The notes under the pieces were generated by a model. It saw only the letters and a program-made list of their open reading frames with translations, was not told where the DNA came from and did not search any database. A stretch of 63,043 nucleotides of DNA, counting the filler, from Stramenopiles sp. TOSAG23-2 (taxonomy: Eukaryota), in NCBI GenBank assembly GCA_900128395.1. It is 11 parts of 11 records of this genome, joined end to end, with 100 filler letters (N's around TTAATTAATTAA, not from the genome) between each part and the next. Parts side by side here need not be neighbours in the genome. Positions count along the whole stretch, not along the records: positions 16,303 to 24,346 come from LT650245.1; positions 24,447 to 32,480 come from LT650246.1; positions 32,581 to 40,607 come from LT650247.1; 8 more parts are not named here. One strand, given 5' to 3'. Each line of letters opens with the position of its first letter. The first letter of the stretch is position 1. The translations under genes were made by a program, and so were the position numbers. Of the stretch, positions 21,570-33,246 are shown piece after piece.

Positions 21570-23767
21570 ATGGAATTGCAAAATGCAAATGGTATTGAGA
21601 AAGTACAGGATAATATTGAATATAATGTATTACCAGAGGAGATCATAATAGATCATGAAACAGACACGGTTGCGTCCAAAAAATTATTTGCTCGATGTTG
21701 TGCTAATTGTAAAAACTGTTACAGGCACTTTTACGAAAATTTTTGTTCTTTTAATGTTTTAAGCCTTTTTCTATTGCGGTTAGGAATTGCTATTGGCTTG
21801 ACTTATATACTTTCACAGTATTTACAACATGGACGAATCATAGGCTTTTGGTTATTTTTAATTTTATTAATTGATATATATGCATATTACTTAACAATCG
21901 ATATGATATATAAAATTATTCATTTAAGTATATATTCTACTCCATTTTCACATGATGAAATGATACCTGCTGGTGGTAATGATAATGATGATGATGATAA
22001 ACTCGATACAACACCGATCGAAACTCATAAAAAAAAGAATAATTGTATGGGAAAAATTAAACCATATATGGAAAAAATTAAACTATGTATGGAAAAAATT
22101 AAACAAGTAAGACTATGGATTGGACAATTTATTTTTGGAAAAGGAAAATATTTTTTGCCTACCTCAAGCACATTTGAAGTAATTGGGCATCTGCAGCAGA
22201 TATGGAATACGATAAGCATTTACTTGTGCAAAATGCCAATTGAAATTACAATGATTATATGCTTTGTCATATTTAGCAATGATATGTATAACATTGTGGT
22301 TGAAAAATATCTTGAAACGTCGAAATTGACTCGGGATCGAAAGCTACTAGTTAAAGTTTTTAAAAGTTTCTTTCTTCTGGTCTTTCCATTATGCTACATC
22401 TATTTTATGTATAAAATTCCAATTGAAGAATTTAATATATTTAAAATCCTTTTTTATGAGTCGTATGCTCTGCTATCAACATCCAAATTGCTATGGAAAT
22501 ATGTATCAGTAAAGCATTATAATAGGGAAGATGAAAATGAGAAATATGTTGAAATATATCAACAACAATTGAAGCATTATCCTATCTGGTTTCGTAAAGG
22601 CATAAAAATTTGGAGATATTTTGTTGCTATATTCTTTGTTACAATCATTGCGATTCAGTTTTCATTATGGATAAATCTCAGTAATGTCAATACGAAATGC
22701 AACGAGAAATTAACAAAACAAATATGGGATGGCTGTAAAATAAAGGTTCCATTTTGTGCAAAGTCATTTTTAACGTCATCTTGTGACTGTGCTTACTTTT
22801 CCGTGACAAATTATACTAAAGCTACGCTTCCAGACGGGATGAAGGAAATGCAATCGCTGGTTAAGTTGGGTATCTATTCGAGCCAAATTACAGAATTGCC
22901 TGAAAATTTTGGTGAGAGCTATCATGCATTGAAAGTATTACGTACAGTAAAAACAAACTTAACAAAATTGCCAGAAAATATTGGTAAATGCAAAAAGTTA
23001 GTTGAACTTTGGGCAGTGGATAGTTATTTGACTCGTCTTCCAGAAAGTGTTACAGAGCTAAGTAAATTATTGGAATTGCGTTTAAATGGAAATAAGATTC
23101 GACAATTGCCAGCAAACCTAGGAAATATGAAGGACTTGTTGTCGTTATGGGTTTATAAAAATGAATTAGTAGAGCTTCCAAACAGTATTGGAAATTTAAA
23201 GAAAATGCTTAAAATATCAGCCTTTAATAATCACATAACAGCATTGCCAAGTAGTATAACAAACTTAAACTTGCTACAGTTTTTGATTATTCATAACAAT
23301 GAAATTGTATCATTACCAGAAAAATTTGGAGATTTGAAAAATTTACAATTACTTTTTATCTGGAACAATCGCTTGTTGGCATTGCCAAATAGCATTGGTA
23401 ATATAAATATGATACGATATGTCGATATAAGACATAATTTTATTGAAAATTTACCAACGACAGCTAGTGCAAATTGGAAAAATATGTATTATTTCGTAGC
23501 TGGATCAAATCCATTTTGTATTGAAGGGACATATGTTTTTCCAAATGAATTAAAGCGCATGAAAATGGAAGACGTTTGCAAATCACAATGTGCTGTTGAT
23601 TGTACTCGTAGTTGGCTCGCACAAAGAAACACGTGTGAGGATAATGACTTGGTTTATTCATTTGCCAAATTTTATCATCTTCCTATATGCCAAACATTAA
23701 ACCGGTTGCAAATGGTGGATGCTATACAAAAGATTGTGATTATAGTAATGGGCATTGTCCACGTTAA
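21570..23767 (+). CDS. Multi-TM protein with LRR array and C-terminal LNR/Notch-like Cys motif; apparent frameshift near 23680
   Basis: Hydrophobic segments; about 10 LRRs (LxxLPxxIGxLxxL); CAVDCTRSWL..C in the ORF frame continues in the -1 frame as GGCYTKDCDYSNGHCPR* (TAA at 23765-23767). Start uncertain. Confidence 0.75.
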
Positions 23768-23993
23768 CGTTCGTAATATTTTTCCATCAACAGAAGGTGT
23801 AGGGTTATAGGGGTTCTCTATTTACCTCATCATGAATAAAAGTTACAAGCAATAACAATCTATTTCTTAGACTCATAAAGGAAAAGAAAAGAAAAGAAAA
23901 AGAAAGGAAAAGGAAAAGAAAGGAAAAAGTTTTCTCGTTAAATACACAGAGTTTATATAAAAATATATAATATTACGCGCGTCGTATATATTT

Positions 23994-24346
23994 TTATCTT
24001 GATGTCTTGGTGGTGCTATTTTCTTCTTTTACTTCTTCCTCTTCCTCTTCCACCACCTTCTTGTTCTTCTTCTTTTCTACTGATGCTTCTTCCATCATCA
24101 TCATCTTCTCCATCTTTCGTTTTTTTAATCTTTTTTCTTTCTTTGCCATAGCAATTTTAAAATTACGCCTTTGTTTTTCTTTAATAGCATTTCCTCTATC
24201 TTCATTATAATATCGTTTTTTCAATACCAATGTTAATGCATCTAAACCACCAACATTAATTGTAAAATTACGTTGTTTTTTAAAAAATGGTTTTTGTCCA
24301 GCGGCTAAATCAACTGCACGTGGTAATGTTCGTCTATCAGCAGATA
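23994..24346 (-). CDS. 3' fragment of an unidentified gene with a basic/acidic low-complexity tail
   Basis: Frame open from the contig end (SADRRTLPRAVDLAAGQKPFF...) to the stop at 23994. Confidence 0.55.
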
Positions 24347-24446
24347 NNNNNNNNNNNNNNNNNNNNNNNNNNNNNNNNNNNNNNNNNNNNTTAATTAATT
24401 AANNNNNNNNNNNNNNNNNNNNNNNNNNNNNNNNNNNNNNNNNNNN

Positions 24447-25237
24447 TTTTCATTAATATTATCATTACACATTACATTTAAATCATTTAATAAACGTTCA
24501 ATGATAATTTCTGTTTCTGTTTTTGAATTATTCTTCACATTGAAATGTGTTTCCATTTGTTCATATAATTCTGTTGAACATGATGATAATGTCGATGACG
24601 TTGTATATTTTGTATATTCTTCCTTTGTATTGATTTCACTAGTGATGATTTTAATTAAGATTGGTTGAATTTGTGTTTGAGGTAATGAATGGTGAAATTT
24701 ATATTTAAAATGATGCATTGGTGTATTGCTACCAGTTTCCATATACGATTGGAACATTGCAAAGATCGATGGGACATAAGAATTTAAATTATTGGAACCA
24801 TTTGTATTATTTGTTTCTTCTTTTTTTTCTATAATATATTTTGATAAATTGTTTTGTACAGTAAATTCACGTAATGATGGTTGCATAATATTATTATTAT
24901 TATTTGATCCATCAACTTGTGGTCTTGTTGTAAACCATCCTACAATATTTTTATTGTATTTTTGTTCCAGTTCATTTAATTTATTTACATCAATATTACC
25001 TTTTAAATCATAAAAACTATATCCACTATTACCAGTAACAATATAATTCCATATACGTATATTTTGTTTTGAAATTTGTTTCGCTACTTGTGAATCACTG
25101 ACTTTATTTTCCATGTTCAACGTACGTTTTCCAAAAAACAATCCTTCTATTAGACTATCTTCTAACGTAATGTCTGTTTGCAACGACGCCAATACAATTC
25201 CACTTAATTCACATTTTAAATGTTTTTCTCCAGACAT
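24447..25237 (-). CDS. Abraxas/FAM175 family MPN- protein (BRISC/BRCA1-A scaffold), 3'-truncated
   Basis: EGLFFG...VSDSQ...SFYD..G...IVGWF...PSLRE motif order; ATG at 25237; the upstream poly-T/S run is microsatellite. Confidence 0.8.
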
Positions 25238-25254
25238 ACGTTTGTTGTTCTTAG

Positions 25255-25291
<37 letters not shown>

Positions 25292-25403
25292 GATGATGAT
25301 GATGGTGGTGGTGATGGTGGGGGTATTATTATTGTTATTAATTGTTGTTGTTGTTGGTGGTGTTGTTGTTGTTGTTGTTGTTGCTGTTGTTGTTGTTGTT
25401 GTT
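25255..25403. repeat. (TAC)n/(GAT)n/(GTT)n microsatellite cluster
   Basis: Directly visible. Confidence 0.9.
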
Positions 25404-26316
25404 ACAGTATTGAATTTTGTATTAGTATATTTATATTTTAGTATATTATAAAAAAAATAAAAAAAAAAAATCATCTCATCAAATCCTTTTTTGATGATTA
25501 AGGATTTTATTAATACTTCTAAAACTTGCTTTTTTCGTCCGTCTTCCTTTGCCTACTTGCCTTAGTGGTTACTTATAGGCAGAGTTTTAAACGATGGTGA
25601 TGTGATGGCGATGGATTTTTGCCTTAAACAATCAGATAACATTTCAGGAATTTTTATCATCTAAAAATAATCCATCGAATATATAAATATAGCTTCCTGG
25701 AAGTAGTAAATAATTATTAATTATCCTCTCTGTTATCGGATATTATTATTGCAATCTCACTCGAAATAGTCAGTTTGGTAACTTAAAACGGTTAACCCTA
25801 AATTTCCACTTTTAGCAGGGGAATAGCATTAGAAATATCCCAAACAGTTCTTCCTGTAAATTGATAAAAAAAATATAATACGCGATATTCAATTATACGG
25901 TTATTATTAATAATTAAACAAATAAAAAGAAAATGGAAATGTGGAGATCCATATTAGTCAAATATACAATACATAAAGGCCATTGCATATCGATATATTT
26001 GTTCTTCTATAATAACAATCGTCTCTCTCTTCTTTTTTCTTCTTTTTCCTTTTTTTCTCTTGTTTGGTTGGTTCGTTTTCTATCTTTATTGAAGAATAAA
26101 TATAAACAACATTATATTATTTTTTTTTTAAATCATTATTATATAGATAGAAGCAACATTATTATTTTTTTTAAAAAATCATTATTATATAGATAGAATT
26201 AAATGAACAATAGTTATTAAGTTTATTTAAATTAATAGTTGCAATATAATAATTGTTATACGAACAAAAATTGATAACATACTCTTGACTATACTATTAT
26301 ATAAGAACACCACAAT

Positions 26317-27270
26317 ATGGCAAAAACAATCGGTCCGATCTCATCAGTATTCGGTGGTAAAACATCGAAAAGTATTTTTGATGTAGTGAAAAAGAAACAA
26401 AAACAATCAGTAGAAACAGGTGGTGAATTTAGATTTGCTATGGATAGTGGTGAAGCAGGTAAAGTTGCTGCATTATTGCAACAAGGTGCAAGTGCTAATT
26501 CTAGAGTTAAATCAGATCCATATCCACCATTACATTATGCGATTATTAAAAATAGACCAGATTATGTAGAATTATTATTAGAACATGGTGCTGCACCAAA
26601 CATGCCGGATCAACATGGTAAATTGCCCCTGCATCACGCCGCTAGAATGGGACAATTTCCTTCCGTACGTTTATTATTAGCAAATGGTGCAAATCCACAA
26701 ATACCATTAACAAAACGTGGTTGGAATGTTTTACATGTATGTTCTTTTCATGGATTTGAAAATACGATAGAAGTTGTATTGCAAATGAAACCGGACATGG
26801 TGCATTCAAAAACAGAACAATGGGAAACACCGTTGCATTTAGCTGCACGTGGTGGGCATGTACATGCATGTGAATTATTATTAAATGGTGGTGCTTTGAT
26901 AAATTCACAAATTCGTGGATTAGCACATCAACCATTGCATGAAGCGGCAATGAGAGGATATTATGAAGTATGTTCTTTATTAGTTAGACATGGTGCGGAT
27001 CCATATGCAAAAGAATATGGTACAACAAATCGTACAGCGTTGAAATTAGCACGTGATTTTTGCCATAATAATTGTGTTACTGTCATGTTAAATGGTGGTA
27101 GAATGGAAGGTATAATAGATGGTAAAACTGCCAGTGAAATAGAAATGTTAAATAATGATTATAATAATAAAAATAATAATAATGATGATGATGATGAAAA
27201 TAATAATAATAAAAAAAATGTTAAAAAAAAGCAACGGAATATGGAATATGGTAATAATGTTAGTTTTTGA
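26317..27270 (+). CDS. Ankyrin-repeat protein (about 6 repeats)
   Basis: PPLHYA, LPLHHAA, TPLHLAA, QPLHEAA with LLxxGA. Confidence 0.92.
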   Translation: MAKTIGPISSVFGGKTSKSIFDVVKKKQKQSVETGGEFRFAMDSGEAGKVAALLQQGASANSRVKSDPYPPLHYAIIKNRPDYVELLLEHGAAPNMPDQHGKLPLHHAARMGQFPSVRLLLANGANPQIPLTKRGWNVLHVCSFHGFENTIEVVLQMKPDMVHSKTEQWETPLHLAARGGHVHACELLLNGGALINSQIRGLAHQPLHEAAMRGYYEVCSLLVRHGADPYAKEYGTTNRTALKLARDFCHNNCVTVMLNGGRMEGIIDGKTASEIEMLNNDYNNKNNNNDDDDENNNNKKNVKKKQRNMEYGNNVSF

Positions 27271-27630
27271 TCAATCTTGATGTGGGGGAGACGGGAGGAT
27301 GGATGATGGATGTGTTTTTCGATTTAATTCTATTTTATTAATTCTATTCGTACAACTGAATGTGAGAGTGAGTGTGTAAATTAATCTATGCATTAAAGTG
27401 TGTGTGTTAATATTTATTAATATATTAATGTGTCAAATATTTATTACGGCACTACGAACCCGTAAATAATAATACGTAATAAATAATCATTGTGGCATGT
27501 TATCACATCTCACATCATACCATGTTCGTAGAACGTAGAAATATCTCCGTGTATAATAATATTATAAAAAATAAATGTATAATAATATTATATATATGCA
27601 TAAAAAGAAATTTAAAAAAAAAGCGGGAGA

Positions 27631-28030
27631 AGACACACTCTTCTCTTTCTCTCTCTCAACACTGTATTTTACACCCTTCACACAATTATCTTCTTTCTAT
27701 TATTCTGCCTTTGCACTGACACTCTGTCATGGACGACGTTTGTGTATAATTTCTACAGATTTTGAACGTAATTGTTTTGATTTTGGATTTTTTTCCAAGC
27801 GAATCACAGCCGCAGCATCGCGAACGAGTTTGATTGTGGAACAAAATGTACTGGCATTTTAATATGCCACGACGATGCCAAAGTTCCATTTTTGATTCTC
27901 TCACAAAATAAATGGCGTACAAAATTTTCAAACGAGACATGTTTTTTTATTTCTTGTGACCACATCAAATCGGAATGTTGCTGATTGCCACCTTCGTGCA
28001 AATATGCAAAATGGGAAAAATGATGACGGG
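27631..28030 (-). pseudogene. Mosaic relic: sulfotransferase-like fragment fused to a duplicate of the neighbouring gene's 3' end
   Basis: 27631-27834 matches 28063-28269; 27835-28030 reads ...VSFENFVRHL...VHFVPQS (Sulfotransfer_2-like F..FV / HxxPQ). Confidence 0.55.
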
Positions 28031-28119
28031 AAAAAATAAATATTAGTATCATAACATGGAGCAGACACACTCTTTCTCGCTCCCTCTTTCTCTCTCAATA
28101 TATGTGTACATGTTCCCCT

Positions 28120-29439
28120 TCACACAATATCTTCTATTTTCTGCCTTTGCATGACACTCTGTCGTGGACGACGTTTGTGTATAATTTCTACAGATTTCGA
28201 ACGTAATTGTTTTGATTTTGGATTTTTTTCCAAGCGAATCACAGCCGCAGCATCGCGAACGAGTTTGATGACGATGGCACCAGCAACTAAGGTGAGGATA
28301 CCTATGAAAGAAACCAAACCCAAAAAAATATTCCAATAATCTGAAAATTTAAACATTTCCAAGTTCAATCCCCCATAAACCATAATGGATGCTACACGAA
28401 TAAGAGTTACTATCGATAGTGAAAGTTCCCATCCTGATACGCGTAAAGATAGTATATCATTTACGGTTAAACGACAAACTCGTAGCAAGACTTGTGACGT
28501 CAAGAGGAGGATGGTCAATTCAAGCATTTGGGAAAAGGAAACACCGTATTTCAAATCATTTGCAACATACGCATTCATTTCTTGCTCCATCATCACTTCG
28601 TTTACTGTTTTTGGTGTATCTGGATAGTAACGATCAAATTGTTCATCGTCGGTACAATTCATCCATTCCCCATTCACCATACTAGTACGGGAAGTGTAAT
28701 TCTTATCCCAATATGCTCCCGGTACATAATGACACAAATCATCCATAATGTATTTTCTTGCAAATTCAGATGAAATCATATTCATTCCCAAATAGCATAA
28801 AATAGGTAACCCTGCGATAATTTTTGTACTCAAACGTGCCGAAACTCCATGAATATCTGCCGCATATGTATGTTTCAACGTCGTTGTCATTGATATGAAA
28901 AAAAGATAAAAAAGCACGTTCCCGACAACGAGGAGAAATAATGCAAACCATCCACCAATTAAAAGCAAATCGATATGGATCAAGTAATCCATAATCCCTA
29001 AAAACGGTACGAGAGCATTACCAATTTTTAATTGCCATGTTGATTTTATTGGTAACGTACTTGCCCATACAAGCATTAATAGATAAGAATTCATTCCAAT
29101 AACAAGCCAAATTAAACCAATACCTGTATACCATCTAATAAGCCCTGCCGCTACTACCAGCATCAACATTACCAACAACACACCACTTGCAAAGTTTTCC
29201 TTTTGTTTATTTCTCAACCCTTCAGCCGTATTTTTCCATTTCAGTCGATTTCTTCCATCCCTCCAAAACTGTTGAATGCGACGTGCTGATGCTATTTGTT
29301 TATTTTTCGTTTCCAATAATTTCTTATCAATTTTTACAACGAGTGGATTTGTATTTTTCGTGGTAGATTTCGCATTAACAAGTTCAACTTTCTTTGTTGT
29401 AGTTATTACTTGTTTCGCTTCTGGTTGTTTATTATTCAT
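28120..29439 (-). CDS. Multi-pass membrane protein with N-terminal IQ motif
   Basis: SARRIQQFWR followed by 7-8 hydrophobic segments. Confidence 0.75.
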   Translation of the reverse strand: MNNKQPEAKQVITTTKKVELVNAKSTTKNTNPLVVKIDKKLLETKNKQIASARRIQQFWRDGRNRLKWKNTAEGLRNKQKENFASGVLLVMLMLVVAAGLIRWYTGIGLIWLVIGMNSYLLMLVWASTLPIKSTWQLKIGNALVPFLGIMDYLIHIDLLLIGGWFALFLLVVGNVLFYLFFISMTTTLKHTYAADIHGVSARLSTKIIAGLPILCYLGMNMISSEFARKYIMDDLCHYVPGAYWDKNYTSRTSMVNGEWMNCTDDEQFDRYYPDTPKTVNEVMMEQEMNAYVANDLKYGVSFSQMLELTILLLTSQVLLRVCRLTVNDILSLRVSGWELSLSIVTLIRVASIMVYGGLNLEMFKFSDYWNIFLGLVSFIGILTLVAGAIVIKLVRDAAAVIRLEKNPKSKQLRSKSVEIIHKRRPRQSVMQRQKIEDIV

Positions 29440-30029
29440 CTTTTTGATAGAGAATGTAGAATGTTTCTTTATTTTATTTTTTTTTTGTATTATATATCAA
29501 ATGTTATATAAATTATAATCTGTTTAAATATAAAAAGAAGAAGAATGTTATTTTATATTATTTTTGTTGTTGTTATTGTATATAATATTTTAAATTACAA
29601 TCTTTTTATAGAAAGAAGAATGTTCTTGTATGTATTTTATTTCTTTGTATCTAAAATGATTTAAATTATGATATATATATATATTTACATTTTTATATAC
29701 TTGTATTACATTTATGTACCCACTTCTTTTTTTTGTTTTTTTAGGGTGCAGTAAATTTAAATTAAGGGTTTAGGTTGTTTTTCTCTTTGCTGTCCTGGCT
29801 GTCCTGGCTGTCGTCCATCAGCTGTCGTCTTCATTAACACAAAAACAGTGACAAAAATTAAAATAAAAAAGAATCTTTTTGTTTTTTTTGCAAAGTGACT
29901 AAAAATGATTTTCCTTCGTATTCTAATTCCGCTTTCAAGTATTAATTATGACTTTTTGATAGGAAGAAACTAATTTTCACACGAAGCACAGAAAAAATAG
30001 AAGTTGGGTCCATCATATATCTATAGAAT

Positions 30030-30253
30030 CCTATAGGAAAAGTTAATGGAGGATGATTACCGTAGATTAGCATATAAATAATATTAAGTCTTATTTATAT
30101 TCTAAATAGGTACACAAATCACAAAAATCGATTAAATACCTTAATATTACTGTACTTCACATGATTGTTGACCAATTTAATATATAAATAGAACTTAATA
30201 TTATTTATATGCTAATCTGTTGCAAATCATCCTCCATCAACTTTTCCTATAGG
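30030..30253. mobile_element. MITE-like element with ~70-bp imperfect TIRs
   Basis: CCTATAGGAAAAGTTAATGGAGGATGATT...AGATTAGCATATAAATAATATTAAGT is mirrored at ~30195-30253. Confidence 0.7.
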
Positions 30254-30509
30254 AAATAGTACTAAATAACACTAGAAAAAAACATATATTTTAAATATAT
30301 ATATATATATATATATACATTGATGGGAGGAGGAGAGGTATAGATATGATGAAAAAAGTAATATATATGAGAGGCTTGTATAACGATTATCTCTCTCTCT
30401 CTGTCTCTCTTTTTTTTTTCTCATTATTTTGAATCGATTTTACAAGACTTCTGTATACGGAACATAAAACTATTTTACAAATTGTTTATATAAATATATA
30501 CCATCACAC

Positions 30510-32225
30510 ATGACTGGTAGAAGGAAATTGCCACGTGCATGTAATAATGGTGGTACACCAACAAGTCCGTCATCATCATCCACAACAAGAACAACAATGT
30601 CAGCGGGGGAAAATATGAAACAAACAACGACAGGAAACAACAATACTGAAGAAGAAAATGCTATGAATTTCTTTAAAAATATTTTAGAAGAGAGAAACAA
30701 TTTGCGACAGGAAGTATTGGATACCAATGCAAAAATCGAAGCTATGGAAGACGAAAATCAACAGCTTAAAATAACTCTTGCCGAAGATAAAAAAGAATCG
30801 AAGAAACATATTCAAACGTTAAACAAATCAGTGAAGGACAAAGATGACAAAATTGCAAATATTCAAAATGTTCTTAAGGAAAAAGAAAAAGAAAGTGAGA
30901 AATATTTACAAAAAATCAAAGAATTGGAAAAAGAATTGGAAAAAGAAATCAGTAATAAAGATAAAGAAATAAGCGAACTTGAAACATGTAAACAAAGGAA
31001 GGAAGAAGATGCAAAGTATCAAAAAAAAAAATATGAAAATGAAATAAAAGCTTTGGAAGATAATTTAAAAGATCAACAAAACAAACATAATTCATTCAAA
31101 GCTCAATGGGCTAGTAATGATGCAGAAAGAGAAAAGAAAATAAACAACGTACAAAACGAAAACAAGGAACAAAAAGAAACAATAAAAAAATATCAAGAAA
31201 AAATGGAAAATTATCAAAAAGAAGAAGAGGATTTGAAAGCGAAAAAAGAATTATTAGTACAAAAAAGACAAGAGTTAGAAAATGAGCAAGATCAAATGCA
31301 AGTCTATCGTAAAAATGCCGTTTTAGACAATAAGAAAATACGTGATAATTTAGATCAAAAACAAATAGATTTGGATCAAAAACAAATAGATTTGGATCAA
31401 AAGTATCAACATTGGGAAGCTACTAAGGAGACAAAAAATGCTATTCTCGAAGATATCGAACGAGAGACGGAGTTGAAGAGAAGTGAAAGAGAAGATCTCC
31501 AAAGAGATATCGATCGTCTAAAGGGGGATTGGCATTGGGGCTTAAATGAAAAGATCAAGGAATATGCGCATGTTCAGAAAGAGTATCAAAAGTTAAAAGC
31601 TGAGCTAGAACATATGCAACAATTTAGAATGCAAATAAATCCAAGTAAAAAAAGAAAACAATTGGGAGTTGAAGATGTTCCGTGTTATATGAATCCATCA
31701 AATAGTATACATGATGGCGATGCTAGTAATATTTCCTCGAGTAGTACTAGTACTACTGCATTTTTTAACAAAGCGAAGCGACAAAGGAAGGCGATCGAGA
31801 AACAACATGTTAATATTTCTAGTCATAATACTACTACTAATAATAATAATGATGATGATAATGCTTCTAACGTAAATATTAACCTCGCAATGAGTAGTAT
31901 TCAAAACCAGAATGTTGCGTTTGATGGTCTTTCCTACCCACGTAATGATCAGCAAGTAAGACGTAGTAATAGCAACGGTAGTGCTAGTGGATATCACGAC
32001 GCAACTAATAATTATGGTAATACCAACGGCGTTGAGATTCAAAATAGGTATCAAACACGTATTAATGCATTTCCATATGATGTAAAATCTTATCTCGATC
32101 CTAATTTTTATGCTAAACATATGCAACAGCAATCAATGATGAGGAGTCCTCGAAATCAAGCATCTCCTATCTCGAGTACCACTGCTACTGTAGGTAGTGT
32201 TATACCTCAGCAACAACATTTCTAG
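30510..32225 (+). CDS. Coiled-coil protein with low-complexity C-terminus
   Basis: Long K/E/Q heptad region; SKKRK basic motif. Confidence 0.8.
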   Translation: MTGRRKLPRACNNGGTPTSPSSSSTTRTTMSAGENMKQTTTGNNNTEEENAMNFFKNILEERNNLRQEVLDTNAKIEAMEDENQQLKITLAEDKKESKKHIQTLNKSVKDKDDKIANIQNVLKEKEKESEKYLQKIKELEKELEKEISNKDKEISELETCKQRKEEDAKYQKKKYENEIKALEDNLKDQQNKHNSFKAQWASNDAEREKKINNVQNENKEQKETIKKYQEKMENYQKEEEDLKAKKELLVQKRQELENEQDQMQVYRKNAVLDNKKIRDNLDQKQIDLDQKQIDLDQKYQHWEATKETKNAILEDIERETELKRSEREDLQRDIDRLKGDWHWGLNEKIKEYAHVQKEYQKLKAELEHMQQFRMQINPSKKRKQLGVEDVPCYMNPSNSIHDGDASNISSSSTSTTAFFNKAKRQRKAIEKQHVNISSHNTTTNNNNDDDNASNVNINLAMSSIQNQNVAFDGLSYPRNDQQVRRSNSNGSASGYHDATNNYGNTNGVEIQNRYQTRINAFPYDVKSYLDPNFYAKHMQQQSMMRSPRNQASPISSTTATVGSVIPQQQHF

Positions 32226-33246
32226 ATTTGTATCTAGTGTTATATATATATATATATATATATATGTATAAATACAGCAGTATAGAAAGTATAATTAATG
32301 CATAACTTATAGGATGGTTGAAATATACGTATATGACATTTGTACCAACATGGAGGCTGGTATGATATGACATACATGAAATATATATAATGAATACGAT
32401 ATACGTTCGCACTTTACGCGTGTGTCTCTCCCAAAAACAGGCGTGGTCTAATTAGTACAGATTTAGTATACTATAAATATNNNNNNNNNNNNNNNNNNNN
32501 NNNNNNNNNNNNNNNNNNNNNNNNTTAATTAATTAANNNNNNNNNNNNNNNNNNNNNNNNNNNNNNNNNNNNNNNNNNNNTCCCATAGTGAATAGTGTTA
32601 TTTGTGAAGTGTTCAGTGACTTTGGCATGTTTTAGAGGGTAGCACTGCGTACCTATTGCCGCCAGAATGCCATGCCACTTCGTACTTATGATATACTAAA
32701 GTCTATAATATCCCTATCAAATATTCGAATGTCTTGTGCTGTGTGCTGTATGCTGTATCCGATGGTATGTACCTGGTATGTACGTCTATGAGGTAAATAC
32801 AATGGACCTCTCCAGAGGAATCGCCAAGGCAGCAAGGCTATAGCACAGTATAGCAGGTAGCAGGTAAATACAACTGTCATTTATAATAGGAGTCCAAACC
32901 GGGTAGTGTTATGGTACATCTTAACCCTAACCCTAACCAGATCTCTTGAGGATTCTCCCTCTCTTCACCAAATTATAAAAAAAAAGGGGATCGAAAAGTC
33001 ACTTCATTTCTATTCATTTGGAAGGAACATCTTTTACTACAGTATCCGTATACTAAGAGCACTAAAATCCTCATCGATGAAAAAATGGATGAAAAAAAAC
33101 AATAAAAAATAATAAAATAAAATATATATACTATACAGTGTTAGTTGGAATAGACCAGGTCGAAGCATTTACATTCAATCAAAGAAGAACCAACCTGGTG
33201 TATGTTTGTGTTTTTTGTGTGATCTCGCATAATATATAAACCAACC

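Noticed and set aside
25238-25474. Poly-Thr/Ser and poly-Cys/Val ORFs or N-terminal extension
   Set aside because: Translations of trinucleotide microsatellites upstream of the Abraxas ATG.
32921-32938. Telomere
   Set aside because: Only about 2.5 CCCTAA units, internal to the contig.
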